Shown here one piece after another: positions 8,673 through 16,837 of a stretch of 24,936 bases of DNA (position 1 is its first letter; every line of letters starts with the position of its first letter). This stretch comes from a virus. Taxonomy: Duplodnaviria > Caudoviricetes. The stretch spans positions 1 through 24,936 of IMG/VR virus record IMGVR_UViG_3300020727_000549; one strand, given 5' to 3'. Position numbers and translations under genes: made by a program. The notes under the pieces are model-generated. The model made no database searches. It was not told where the DNA came from and was given only the letters and a program-made list of their open reading frames with translations.

Positions 8673-8883
8673 TAGCAAGTGTATTGTTAAACAAGAAAAG
8701 ACCAGTAAAACAGTAGAAGCAGAAGTTTTATCATTTAATGAAAAACGAAATCTCACTGTTGTACTAAACAAATCAGTAAAATTAAATATGTCGTGGAATG
8801 GTAGACTCTACGAAGGCCGTATGGCTGGAATTGACTTTACCACAGAAGGGCCAACAATAACAACATCAAAGACAGGAAGATAA
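8653..8883 (+). CDS. Hypothetical protein
   Basis: 76-aa ORF in the operon. Confidence 0.7.
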   Translation: MEVTRVSSKCIVKQEKTSKTVEAEVLSFNEKRNLTVVLNKSVKLNMSWNGRLYEGRMAGIDFTTEGPTITTSKTGR

Positions 8884-8887
8884 AAAA

Positions 8888-9253
8888 ATGAACCCGTTCA
8901 AGGATCAATATAAGTTTATGAAGGCTTGCGACCAAAGTGTTGACAAGTTTAATAGTTCGCAGTATAATATGTATGTAACTTTAATCGACGAAGAACGTGA
9001 AGAACTCGAACAGGCAATTAGTAATGGCGATCAAGTTGAACAACTAGATGCACTGATCGATATTCTAGTTGTTACCATCGGCGCTATTCATTCAGCAGGA
9101 TTTGATGCTGAGGGTGCTTGGAAAGAAGTTATGCGATCTAATTTCAGTAAAGTAGGCGATGATGGAAAGGTCAGGAAAAGAGAGGACGGAAAAGTCCTTA
9201 AACCGATCGGTTACTCCCCTCCACAACTTTCAGAATATATTACAAAGAAATAA
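8888..9253 (+). CDS. MazG-like / PRA-PH-family nucleoside triphosphate pyrophosphohydrolase
   Basis: LIDEEREEL...LDALIDILVV, EVMRSNFSK and REDGKVLKP motifs. Confidence 0.85.
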   Translation: MNPFKDQYKFMKACDQSVDKFNSSQYNMYVTLIDEEREELEQAISNGDQVEQLDALIDILVVTIGAIHSAGFDAEGAWKEVMRSNFSKVGDDGKVRKREDGKVLKPIGYSPPQLSEYITKK

Positions 9254-9255
9254 TA

Positions 9256-9915
9256 TTATCGAACGGTGTATCTATTTTTATAGATTCCGTTCTTATTATA
9301 TCTTTTTGCCCAAAATAATGATTTAGTATCTATTCCAAGAGGTTTAAGAATTTCTGAAGAATTGCGGCAATTAAAAGGTATTTCGATATTATCTTTTATA
9401 TCTATAAGTATATAAGTTTTAACAAAAGTTTCTCGAGATTCGTTTGCCCTTCTTACACCGGCCGCTATTTTAGCACTTACTTCCTCTGGAGTTTTTCTAC
9501 CATAATTCCAATGTCCTTTCCCCGATCGTGTAATAGACATTTGTTGGCAAATTTCTTTCGACGGACGAATTCCTGTCCTGCCCTTTGATATATTTGCTTT
9601 AACTTCTTCCGAAGGAATCCATCCAACATTTCCATCGCCGCCATCAGTTTTATTTCGGAGTATACCTGTTCCGTTATCAATGCGACCATACCACCGAATC
9701 ATTCTACGCTCAATGGCTAAAGAACCAACGTTAGTTAAGTTATGTTCAAGAATAACAATATTAGAAAAATCCTTTAAAGGGAAGACGGTCCTGTCTGATT
9801 TTGCCCAGGCTCGCTTGCCTTGTCCTTTGCCTATATAATACGGTGTTCCATCTTTTCGAAGATATGCGTAAACATAGAATCCAGATGGCGGATTTTGGGG
9901 TGAATAAATAGTCAT
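9256..9915 (-). CDS. Free-standing GIY-YIG homing endonuclease with NUMOD3-like motifs
   Basis: FYVYAY...[31 protein letters not shown] and SEEVKANIS motifs; start ATG 9915 follows an AAGGA SD. Confidence 0.85.
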   Translation of the reverse strand: MTIYSPQNPPSGFYVYAYLRKDGTPYYIGKGQGKRAWAKSDRTVFPLKDFSNIVILEHNLTNVGSLAIERRMIRWYGRIDNGTGILRNKTDGGDGNVGWIPSEEVKANISKGRTGIRPSKEICQQMSITRSGKGHWNYGRKTPEEVSAKIAAGVRRANESRETFVKTYILIDIKDNIEIPFNCRNSSEILKPLGIDTKSLFWAKRYNKNGIYKNRYTVR

Positions 9916-9985
9916 GCTGTTAGTTCCTTTACAACTGATAGAGAGGGTGGATACTGGTAATATCGCGATCCTCACTTTTATTTAT
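9904..9985 (-). ncRNA. Conserved structured leader of the GIY-YIG gene (copy 1), including a TAAATA promoter
   Basis: Minus-strand ATAAATAAAAGTGAGGATCGCGATATTACCAGTATCCACCCTCTCTATCAGTTGTAAAGGAACTAACAGCATGACTATTTAT; same fold and conserved blocks as 17997-18075. Confidence 0.65.
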
Positions 9986-9994
9986 TCATTTTTG

Positions 9995-10023
9995 TTGACA
10001 TTACGGGTTGTTTCCTGTACAAT
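9995..10023 (+). promoter_or_regulatory. sigma70-type promoter
   Basis: TTGACA-17 nt-TACAAT. Confidence 0.8.
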
Positions 10024-10048
10024 ATATTAAAACTTAAAGAGAAATAAA

Positions 10049-10876
10049 ATGAGAAGCAATTACTGGTCATGTTCAAAATTTGCAGATTGGGTTCGCGGAA
10101 CTCCTAAACTCAGTATGGGTACCAGTACGGAATGGGACCAGTGGAACGATCAAGCCAAACGGTACAATCCCGTTCGTTATTGGATTGCTGAAGATGCGTT
10201 AGATGCTATCCAAAATTTTATTCATTATCCTACGGACAAATTAAATGATGTCAGATATTACATTAATAATCGTTGGGTCTCTCGTAGTCATCAGCTTACA
10301 GCAAATCCTCAAGATATTAAACCTGGACAATGGAAAGACGTTGGAAATCGGTTCCTTCCTTGTTTGTTTAATGAGCTTGTGGATTTTGTTGAAATAGAAC
10401 AAGCATGGCATACTTGTATTTGGGATGAAGAAGCTCGTAAAAAATACAACCCACCATGGTGGCGCAGTGGATGGTTGCGTTGGCGTACCTGGCGTTGCGC
10501 CGAAGCCGGACTTGCTCACTTAGATTGGGCCGCCGGACTCACTAACCGAGATTTTATTGAAGAAGGTGAGAAGGAAGAACCTACTCAGCAAGCATTGGCC
10601 GCTCGTGAAATCAAAGAGCTGTATCTATGGTGGACTACCACATATCGTAATCGTCCAGATCCCTATGATGCCAGCGGTTGGACTGCCTATTGCGAACTTA
10701 ACCGTTTACAAAATGGTGGCCGGTTAAATTGGGATGGCGCAAAAGATTCGCTCGAGTTGGCTCGAGCAAGTGATTTAGCCCATAATGAACTGCGCAGACT
10801 TGAAGCAGAATACGAAGCCGAAGATGAAGCCATGATGATTCGTCTTATCAAAATCCGTAATTCACTATGGACATAA
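10049..10876 (+). CDS. Hypothetical Trp-rich phage protein
   Basis: 275-aa ORF behind a promoter. Confidence 0.8.
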   Translation: MRSNYWSCSKFADWVRGTPKLSMGTSTEWDQWNDQAKRYNPVRYWIAEDALDAIQNFIHYPTDKLNDVRYYINNRWVSRSHQLTANPQDIKPGQWKDVGNRFLPCLFNELVDFVEIEQAWHTCIWDEEARKKYNPPWWRSGWLRWRTWRCAEAGLAHLDWAAGLTNRDFIEEGEKEEPTQQALAAREIKELYLWWTTTYRNRPDPYDASGWTAYCELNRLQNGGRLNWDGAKDSLELARASDLAHNELRRLEAEYEAEDEAMMIRLIKIRNSLWT

Positions 10877-11670
10877 AATATATTAATGACCAAGACTGGT
10901 CGTCTATCAATCAACAATTCCTACAAGGAACGCCATTCAATCACATTGTGATTGATAATTTTTTCACTGAGGAAATTGTTCAACAACTTGTAAAAGATTT
11001 CCCCTCTTATAATAGTGATATATGGCACACTTATAAGAATGCCATTGAAGATAAGAAAACCTGCAACAATTGGAATATATTTCCAAAGACAACCTATTCT
11101 GTCTTTAATTATCTAGGCGGCAACGATTTCTTGAATGTCATTGGGCAGATTGCAGGTGTCAATAACCTATATAGTGATCCCGGGTTAAATGGCGGTGGTT
11201 GGCATGCTCATACCAAAAATGGAAAACTAAATGTACATTTGGATTACAGCATACATCCTAAATTAGGATTAAAGCGTAATTTTAATTTAATTGTATATAT
11301 GACTCCCGATTGGGACCCTGCTTGGGGCGGTGGTCTAGAGCTGTGGTCTCATAATTCCGAAACCAATCAACCCGGAGAACGAGTTGGCGTCGTTGAAAAT
11401 AAATTCAACAGGGCAGTAATCTTTGATACTACTCAAAATTCATGGCACGGGTTGCCTGCAGATTTAACCTGTCCCAACGGTGTTGCTCGTCAAAGTCTAG
11501 CAGTATACTATTTGACACCATCTGATCTTACAACAGACCCTAGAGGCAAGGCATTGTTTGCACCTTACCAGGATCAAGCAAACGATCCAGATGTGTTGAC
11601 ACTGATTGCAAAGCGTAGTAATATAGCAACAGCATCTGAGGTATATGGTAATGGTGGCAAAAAGTCCTGA
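10867..11670 (+). CDS. 2OG-Fe(II) oxygenase (prolyl-hydroxylase-like)
   Basis: PFNHIVIDNF, GGGWH, HLDYSIHP (HxD), GGGLELW, SWHG and RQSLAVYY motifs. Confidence 0.88.
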   Translation: MDIKYINDQDWSSINQQFLQGTPFNHIVIDNFFTEEIVQQLVKDFPSYNSDIWHTYKNAIEDKKTCNNWNIFPKTTYSVFNYLGGNDFLNVIGQIAGVNNLYSDPGLNGGGWHAHTKNGKLNVHLDYSIHPKLGLKRNFNLIVYMTPDWDPAWGGGLELWSHNSETNQPGERVGVVENKFNRAVIFDTTQNSWHGLPADLTCPNGVARQSLAVYYLTPSDLTTDPRGKALFAPYQDQANDPDVLTLIAKRSNIATASEVYGNGGKKS

Positions 11671-12160
11671 TCGTAATACTTTCCAAATGGAAAGTCATAT
11701 TAAACGTCGTGCCGAAGAAGGTCTAGAACCTATGGAAGAATATATTGAGATGTTCAAAACTTGGCGAGAACAGGATGAAGAAAATCTTAAAAATCCCGAG
11801 TGGCAAAAAGACAACCTAGAGTACGATCTTCGTAGTACCAAATGGATCTGTGATAAGGTCAAGGCTAGCGAAATCTATGCTCAAAACCTGTATGCGGCCA
11901 TGTGTAATATGCAGTTCCAAAAATTGGATGTTATGCCTATATTGAAGAATCAGCGTTGGTCGTGCTCTTGGCGTAGTGCCGGCGGCATTGTTGCTGACAT
12001 GTTGGAAAAGGGCGATTACATTGATTGGTACTGTTCGGGTATAATGCACGACGAAGAAGGAATAAGTACAGGACACGTTCCAGAAGGACATGTTACTGAT
12101 GAGATCAAAGAAGACCTAAAGAAATTAGGTTGGATACCTGTTGAATGGGAAGACGATTGA
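11645..12160 (+). CDS. Hypothetical phage protein
   Basis: YAQNLYAAMCN, WSCSWRSAGGIVA and YIDWYCSG motifs; the start may be 11651. Confidence 0.8.
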   Translation: MVMVAKSPDRNTFQMESHIKRRAEEGLEPMEEYIEMFKTWREQDEENLKNPEWQKDNLEYDLRSTKWICDKVKASEIYAQNLYAAMCNMQFQKLDVMPILKNQRWSCSWRSAGGIVADMLEKGDYIDWYCSGIMHDEEGISTGHVPEGHVTDEIKEDLKKLGWIPVEWEDD

Positions 12161-12714
12161 AAATCGCATTGAGTAAACGCACAATTGAACGACAAGGTAA
12201 GATATACGATGCAATTGAAAATGCATGGTATAAGTATCTTGACGAGCATGAACTCACCTTTGTGCCAAACCATTTAGATCAAGATTTTGATGCTATTGCC
12301 CATTCTGTTGATTGTTATATTATCACCGGCGGAGATAATAGATTAATTCGTCGTAAGACTGAACGCCGAATGATAATCAGTATGATGAAACTAGGTAAAC
12401 CCGTTATTGGAATATGCCACGGATGTTTCTTATTAACAAAGTTTCTCGGCGGAACTGTTAATAAAAAAGAAGGACACCGAGATGGTGTTGAACATTCGGT
12501 AATCTATAATAATACCGAACATATAGTTAATAGTTATCATAGATATTATATTAATACATTACCGAGCAATACTCAAATATTAGCAGTAGATAATGATAAT
12601 CACTGCGAGGCCTGGATAGATGGTAATCTAGCAGGAGTAGTTTGGCATCCGGAACGTATGGAATCAGCATGGGTGCCTCCAGAAATTGGCAAACTATTTG
12701 GTAAATCCACTTGA
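12145..12714 (+). CDS. Class I glutamine amidotransferase (peptidase C26-like)
   Basis: ITGG, GICHG (catalytic Cys), VNSYH and WHPER (His/Glu) motifs; the start may be TTG 12157. Confidence 0.85.
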   Translation: MGRRLKIALSKRTIERQGKIYDAIENAWYKYLDEHELTFVPNHLDQDFDAIAHSVDCYIITGGDNRLIRRKTERRMIISMMKLGKPVIGICHGCFLLTKFLGGTVNKKEGHRDGVEHSVIYNNTEHIVNSYHRYYINTLPSNTQILAVDNDNHCEAWIDGNLAGVVWHPERMESAWVPPEIGKLFGKST

Positions 12715-12739
12715 CTTTGCTCCTGCTCTCCTGTATAAT
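12711..12739 (+). promoter_or_regulatory. sigma70-type promoter
   Basis: TTGACT-17 nt-TATAAT; SD AGGAG at 12761. Confidence 0.8.
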
Positions 12740-12771
12740 AAGTACATTGTTTAACAACATAGGAGCAGAAA

Positions 12772-13977
12772 TTGGCAACAGTAGCAGGGGTTAAAATCAA
12801 GCCCAAAGCAAAAAAGATTACTAGTGTTAGCATCCGTGAGAATGCTAAACGCGACCACGCTCCAAGTTGGGATGGTGCTGCTGATATGACTCCGGCAGAA
12901 TACGCTACCCATTTCCGTAATGCTATGAAGTATTACAATTTGGAAACTTCAGCAAAAGATTTGAAAGTCAAGGTCATTGATTGGATGGCCCGTAATGGCT
13001 ACGACAAAGATCAAATCCAAGACTTTAAGAAGACCAAAGATTGGCGCTGCCATTTGACCATGGGTGCTATTGCATCCTGCTTGATCAAAGGCATGCCAGA
13101 TGTTAAAGAAGGATTTAACAACGGTAAGAGTGCAGTTGCATGGTTGAAAAACGAAATTGCCGCTATTTTGGATGCAGGACAGTATGATGTTGAAACAGTC
13201 GTAGTAGATAAGACTGTTAAAGTTGCTGTTCCTACTCCAAATATCCAAGATCGTATTCGTGAGCAGGCAGTGGCCATGAGCGACGAGATCGATGCTGCCA
13301 TCGACAGTTGGATTATGGATCCAGAAGCATTTGATCCAAAGTCAATCAAGTTGGTCAGTTTGTTGCGTGGCAAGGGTGCCAAGGCTGCTCAGGCTCGTTA
13401 TATCAAATCATTCTTTGCTCGTGGGTTGGCAGAATTGCAGGAATTGTCCAGCGGCAATGCCGATGAGCAGTTGCGTGAAGGTTATAAGTTTGCTAGTCGC
13501 AAGAATGTTAAGAAGTTGATCGAGTTTTACGAAGGTATTGCTTCAGCTTGTGAACAGATTGCCGCAGAAGCTAAAGTGCTCAAGAAGCCACGTGCTAAAA
13601 AGGCTGTGCCTGCAGACAAGTTGGTTGCCAAATTGAAGTTCTTGGTGCGTGATGACAAGTTAGGCATTGTTAGTGTTCCGCCAGCACAGATCATTGGTGC
13701 TCAAGGTGTAGTGGTGTTTAACAACAAGACTCGTAAATTGGGCTACTATATTGCTACCAATGCAGATGGGCTCGGTGTTAAGGGAACTACTTTGATGAAC
13801 TTTACCGCAATGAGCGTTCAACGCACTCTGCGTAAGCCATTAGAGCAGTTGAAAGAGTTCAAGGATCAAAATACACAACGACGTTTTGAAACTTGGTTTG
13901 GTAAGATTAAGACCACAGACACATTGTTGAATGGTCGGTTTGGTGAAGATACTGTTATCCTGAAAGTATACAAATGA
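12772..13977 (+). CDS. Hypothetical Lys/Ala-rich protein (401 aa)
   Basis: Long ORF with a TTG start after AGGAG and biased codon usage. Confidence 0.85.
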   Translation: MATVAGVKIKPKAKKITSVSIRENAKRDHAPSWDGAADMTPAEYATHFRNAMKYYNLETSAKDLKVKVIDWMARNGYDKDQIQDFKKTKDWRCHLTMGAIASCLIKGMPDVKEGFNNGKSAVAWLKNEIAAILDAGQYDVETVVVDKTVKVAVPTPNIQDRIREQAVAMSDEIDAAIDSWIMDPEAFDPKSIKLVSLLRGKGAKAAQARYIKSFFARGLAELQELSSGNADEQLREGYKFASRKNVKKLIEFYEGIASACEQIAAEAKVLKKPRAKKAVPADKLVAKLKFLVRDDKLGIVSVPPAQIIGAQGVVVFNNKTRKLGYYIATNADGLGVKGTTLMNFTAMSVQRTLRKPLEQLKEFKDQNTQRRFETWFGKIKTTDTLLNGRFGEDTVILKVYK

Positions 13978-14159
13978 ATCGTATAGATCCTAGCTTAAAT
14001 CCTTTGGAAGTAATGCTAGTATGTGAAGATTTGGAAAAGCGGGGCTATACGAGGTATAGCCTTGCACCAGGAAACAATTGTATTTGGGCACATCTTCATC
14101 AATTTAACCTTTACTATGTTTTCCAAGATAGTAAAATTTTAGATGTACAAACGGATTAA
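13974..14159 (+). CDS. Hypothetical protein
   Basis: ATGA-coupled 61-aa ORF. Confidence 0.65.
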   Translation: MNRIDPSLNPLEVMLVCEDLEKRGYTRYSLAPGNNCIWAHLHQFNLYYVFQDSKILDVQTD

Positions 14160-14162
14160 TAT

Positions 14163-14378
14163 ATGAGTACGCTCTATTCGATTTTGTTTGCAGTGGCTTT
14201 GATTTTTAGTATTACCAAATACTCTAATCAATATGAAACCAACGATGAGGATCAAAGTCCACCAGTTGCCGAACAGGTCTATATCGTTAATACACGAGAA
14301 GACAAAGGCGACAAGTGGGATGATGATCCTCTAGACAAAGATAGAATTGGGCCAGATGGAAGTGATAAAAGACGATGA
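14163..14378 (+). CDS. Hypothetical protein with an N-terminal hydrophobic segment
   Basis: LYSILFAVALIFSI followed by an acidic tail. Confidence 0.6.
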   Translation: MSTLYSILFAVALIFSITKYSNQYETNDEDQSPPVAEQVYIVNTREDKGDKWDDDPLDKDRIGPDGSDKRR

Positions 14379-14572
14379 GAACACTTGACAAGGATCAATG
14401 CGGCTGCTATAATTGTTTGAAAGAAGTAAAAGACCACAATGGGTGGCCTATTACCATGTCAACTTTTATTGTATGTCCAATATGCGGCAATAAGCGTTGC
14501 CCAAAATCAACAGATCATAATTTAGCGTGTACCAACAGCAATGAACCAAATCAACCAGGAAGTCGATATTGA
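14375..14572 (+). CDS. Cys-rich probable zinc-binding protein
   Basis: CGCYNC...CPICGNKRCPKSTDHNLAC. Confidence 0.7.
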   Translation: MRTLDKDQCGCYNCLKEVKDHNGWPITMSTFIVCPICGNKRCPKSTDHNLACTNSNEPNQPGSRY

Positions 14573-14711
14573 TACTTATCGTATAGTCCAAGTAAAGTTT
14601 CCCGGCTGTATGCTCGATTATTGGTCTATTGTTGATCAAAATAACAGGACTATCTTTTACCATTGGTCTAGGCGTGAAGTTGAAGCTAAATTGAAAGAAT
14701 TACAAAAATGA
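14541..14711 (+). CDS. Small hypothetical protein (56 aa, not in ORF track)
   Basis: MNQINQEVDIDTYRIVQVKFPGCMLDYWSIVDQNNRTIFYHWSRREVEAKLKELQK*; its stop overlaps ATG 14708. Confidence 0.5.
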   Translation: MNQINQEVDIDTYRIVQVKFPGCMLDYWSIVDQNNRTIFYHWSRREVEAKLKELQK

Positions 14712-14974
14712 ACAATAATTTAGAAGATTTGATGTATAAGGCAGGATTGACAGCACAAGGTTGCTGGGATAGTATGGATCAATATGATCGAGATTCTATT
14801 ATGAAGTTAACGGAACTTGTTGTAGAAGATTGTATTAAACTGATCAAAGAAAGTGGGAAGCAGTGTAAGCACACAACTTTTGATAAAAGTATAGTTGACT
14901 GCACTCGAAGAAGTGCTGTAAAATTAGTTAAACAACATTTTGGTATTAATGATCATAAGGAAACAACATGCTGA
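14708..14974 (+). CDS. Hypothetical protein (probable paralogue of 18141-18371)
   Basis: KLTELVVEDCI...VKQHFGI motif. Confidence 0.7.
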   Translation: MNNNLEDLMYKAGLTAQGCWDSMDQYDRDSIMKLTELVVEDCIKLIKESGKQCKHTTFDKSIVDCTRRSAVKLVKQHFGINDHKETTC

Positions 14975-15504
14975 GTCTTAAAACATTTATGGAATTGGTA
15001 GATTATAAGATCACCGAAGGCAACGACTATTATGCCTTTAGTCCCGATGCCTATAGCCTAAACTCTTGGAGCGGGACTCAAGATGGTTATAGTTTTGACA
15101 TTGTGTTTGATACCAAGACACAAGTCGTTTACCAAGTCGAAGCCTGCGATTATCAACGCAATCGTGCTTATCGTTTAGTTCATCCTTCATATAAGGATCA
15201 AGTCCAAGCAGGTGAAAAGGCTTGGGATGGTACAAAATGGATTGACTTGGATGTGGATACAGACTTTATGGAAAAGGCCCGTGCCATCAAGGATGGTAAG
15301 GACTATGATACTCGTGTCCAAATGGAGTTAGATATTCCGGAAGAGGACTTGCTGTTGTATATGAAAGAAGCGCACAAGCGTGATATGACTTTCAATGCGT
15401 TTATTGAAGAAGCACTTCGAACCATGATGGAAGAGTTTGAACGTGATCCCGAAGGCATGAAGGCTAGGGCAGAAGTAATGTTTGATTCACCTAATGGAGC
15501 ATAA
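14968..15504 (+). CDS. Hypothetical protein, possible C-terminal ribbon-helix-helix-like segment
   Basis: Ends in ELDIPEEDLLLYMKEAHKRDMTFNAFIEEALR. Confidence 0.75.
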   Translation: MLSLKTFMELVDYKITEGNDYYAFSPDAYSLNSWSGTQDGYSFDIVFDTKTQVVYQVEACDYQRNRAYRLVHPSYKDQVQAGEKAWDGTKWIDLDVDTDFMEKARAIKDGKDYDTRVQMELDIPEEDLLLYMKEAHKRDMTFNAFIEEALRTMMEEFERDPEGMKARAEVMFDSPNGA

Positions 15505-15927
15505 ATGCGTATAGGTCTTAGTTATAGCCGATGCGTTCGCGACATCGTGGATGGTAAAGTCAATGTTGGAGATGTGTTGGTGATTATTGCCCGCACAGAT
15601 TTCAATCCAACTATTGACGAGGAGTGGGCCAGCATTTGGTCAGGCTACCATGGTTATAGTCCATGGAGCAATCCTGAGTGGACATCTTACGCAGACGAGG
15701 ACGAAGAAAAGTTCCGAGAAATAAGTATTGAACTTTATGAGACTGGTAGACTACATCAGCCTCGTCAGTTTGGTGCTAATGTTGCTCGTTTGCCTTATTA
15801 CTGGTTAGAAGCAAGTTTACCTAAGGAAGAACTCGAATCTCGACCTGCTGTAAAAGAAGCATGGGAACGATTCCAAATTATTGCTGGATTGAGTTCAAAT
15901 AATCCAGTATTAAATGATGATTTTTAA
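15505..15927 (+). CDS. Hypothetical phage protein
   Basis: Abuts both neighbours; MRIGLSYSRCVRDIV and LHQPRQFG motifs. Confidence 0.8.
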   Translation: MRIGLSYSRCVRDIVDGKVNVGDVLVIIARTDFNPTIDEEWASIWSGYHGYSPWSNPEWTSYADEDEEKFREISIELYETGRLHQPRQFGANVARLPYYWLEASLPKEELESRPAVKEAWERFQIIAGLSSNNPVLNDDF

Positions 15928-16527
15928 ATGAAAGAGAATAATATGTTAGTACCAATGGTAGTGGAAAAGACCGGTCAAGGCGAACGAGCATTTGACATTT
16001 TTAGTCGCTTGCTTAATGAGCGAATTGTGTTTTTAAATGGCGGAGTGGATGATGCCAGTGCCAGTCTTGTTGTAGCACAAATGCTACATTTGGAAAGTGC
16101 TGACAGTGAAAAAGATATTCACTTTTATATCAACAGTCCCGGTGGTGTTATTACCAGCGGCATGGCAATTTACGATGTCATGCAGTTTGTTAAACCTGAT
16201 GTGGCCACATATGTTATTGGGCAAGGTTGTTCAATGGGCAGTTTCCTAGCACAGGCAGGTACTCCAGGCAAGCGTTATATGTTACCACACAGTCGTCATA
16301 TGATCCATCAGCCCAGTGGTGGTGCTCGTGGTATGCAAAGTGATATTGAAATCCAATACAAAGAAATCACTCAAATGAAAACTATGCTTACCAAATTGTA
16401 TGTTAAACATAATACAGCAGGTAAGACCTATGAGGACTTTGAACGAGACATGGATCGCGATACATTCATGAGTGCTGAAGAAGCCTTGGCCTATGGTCTC
16501 TGTGATAAGATTGTGGAAAGTCGATAA
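15928..16527 (+). CDS. clpP: ATP-dependent Clp protease proteolytic subunit
   Basis: [31 protein letters not shown] (Ser), MIHQP (His) and DRD motifs. Confidence 0.96.
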   Translation: MKENNMLVPMVVEKTGQGERAFDIFSRLLNERIVFLNGGVDDASASLVVAQMLHLESADSEKDIHFYINSPGGVITSGMAIYDVMQFVKPDVATYVIGQGCSMGSFLAQAGTPGKRYMLPHSRHMIHQPSGGARGMQSDIEIQYKEITQMKTMLTKLYVKHNTAGKTYEDFERDMDRDTFMSAEEALAYGLCDKIVESR

Positions 16528-16538
16528 CAGGTAGTTAA

Positions 16539-16582
16539 ATTCTCCCATATCCTTATGTAAATACTTACGCTTATGGGAGAAT
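16539..16582 (+). promoter_or_regulatory. SD-sequestering hairpin with TAAATA in its loop
   Basis: Perfect 11-bp inverted repeat ATTCTCCCATA/TATGGGAGAAT; TAAATA at 16558-16563; the 3' arm carries the GGGAG SD. Confidence 0.7.
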
Positions 16583-16586
16583 CATT

Positions 16587-16760
16587 ATGGCACAATTAAT
16601 TATATTGGCATTTTTATTTACAGGTGGTTTATTAGGTTGGAGTTTATTTGCGTATACATTGGCACAAACTGTGTGTAGTCGTCGTAAAGAGTTGGATATG
16701 ATTGATGAAATATCCGTCGAACTTAAAAAAATCAAACAAGATATTAAGGAACTTAAATAG
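16587..16760 (+). CDS. Small single-pass membrane protein with a coiled-coil tail (57 aa, not in ORF track)
   Basis: MAQLIILAFLFTGGLLGWSLFAYTLAQTVCSRRKELDMIDEISVELKKIKQDIKELK*; SD GGGAGA upstream. Confidence 0.75.
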   Translation: MAQLIILAFLFTGGLLGWSLFAYTLAQTVCSRRKELDMIDEISVELKKIKQDIKELK

Positions 16761-16837
16761 TTCAACAGCGGTCTATCGGCATCGTCCCGCTTTACAAACT
16801 CCGCCGCCTATGCTATAATTAACATAGGAGAAAAAGC
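16754..16837 (+). promoter_or_regulatory. queD leader: TAAATA, pseudoknot-like element, embedded sigma70 promoter and anti-SD hairpin
   Basis: AGCGG/CCGCT stem; loop CGGC can pair with GCCG; CCTATG/CATAGG covers AGGAG; TTTACA(16791)-17 nt-TATAAT(16814). Confidence 0.5.

Noticed and set aside
9160-9253. Apparently recoded 3' end of the MazG-like gene (AGG/AGA/GGA codons); similar impression at folE 6490-6600
   Set aside because: Suggestive of a homing conversion tract, but there are too few codons to support it without homologue alignments, and no duplicated remnant was found.
9916-9975. 20-aa N-terminal extension of the first GIY-YIG ORF in the ORF track
   Set aside because: It runs through the conserved leader; the SD and the parallel with 18008 place the start at ATG 9915.
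12145-12714. Glutamine amidotransferase as an archaeosine (Gat-QueC-type) synthase
   Set aside because: It is a class I triad enzyme, whereas Gat-QueC uses a class II domain, and it is not adjacent to que genes.
16571-16765. Minus-strand 64-aa ORF
   Set aside because: It is the shadow of the + strand 57-aa ORF, which has an SD, a promoter and a TM helix.
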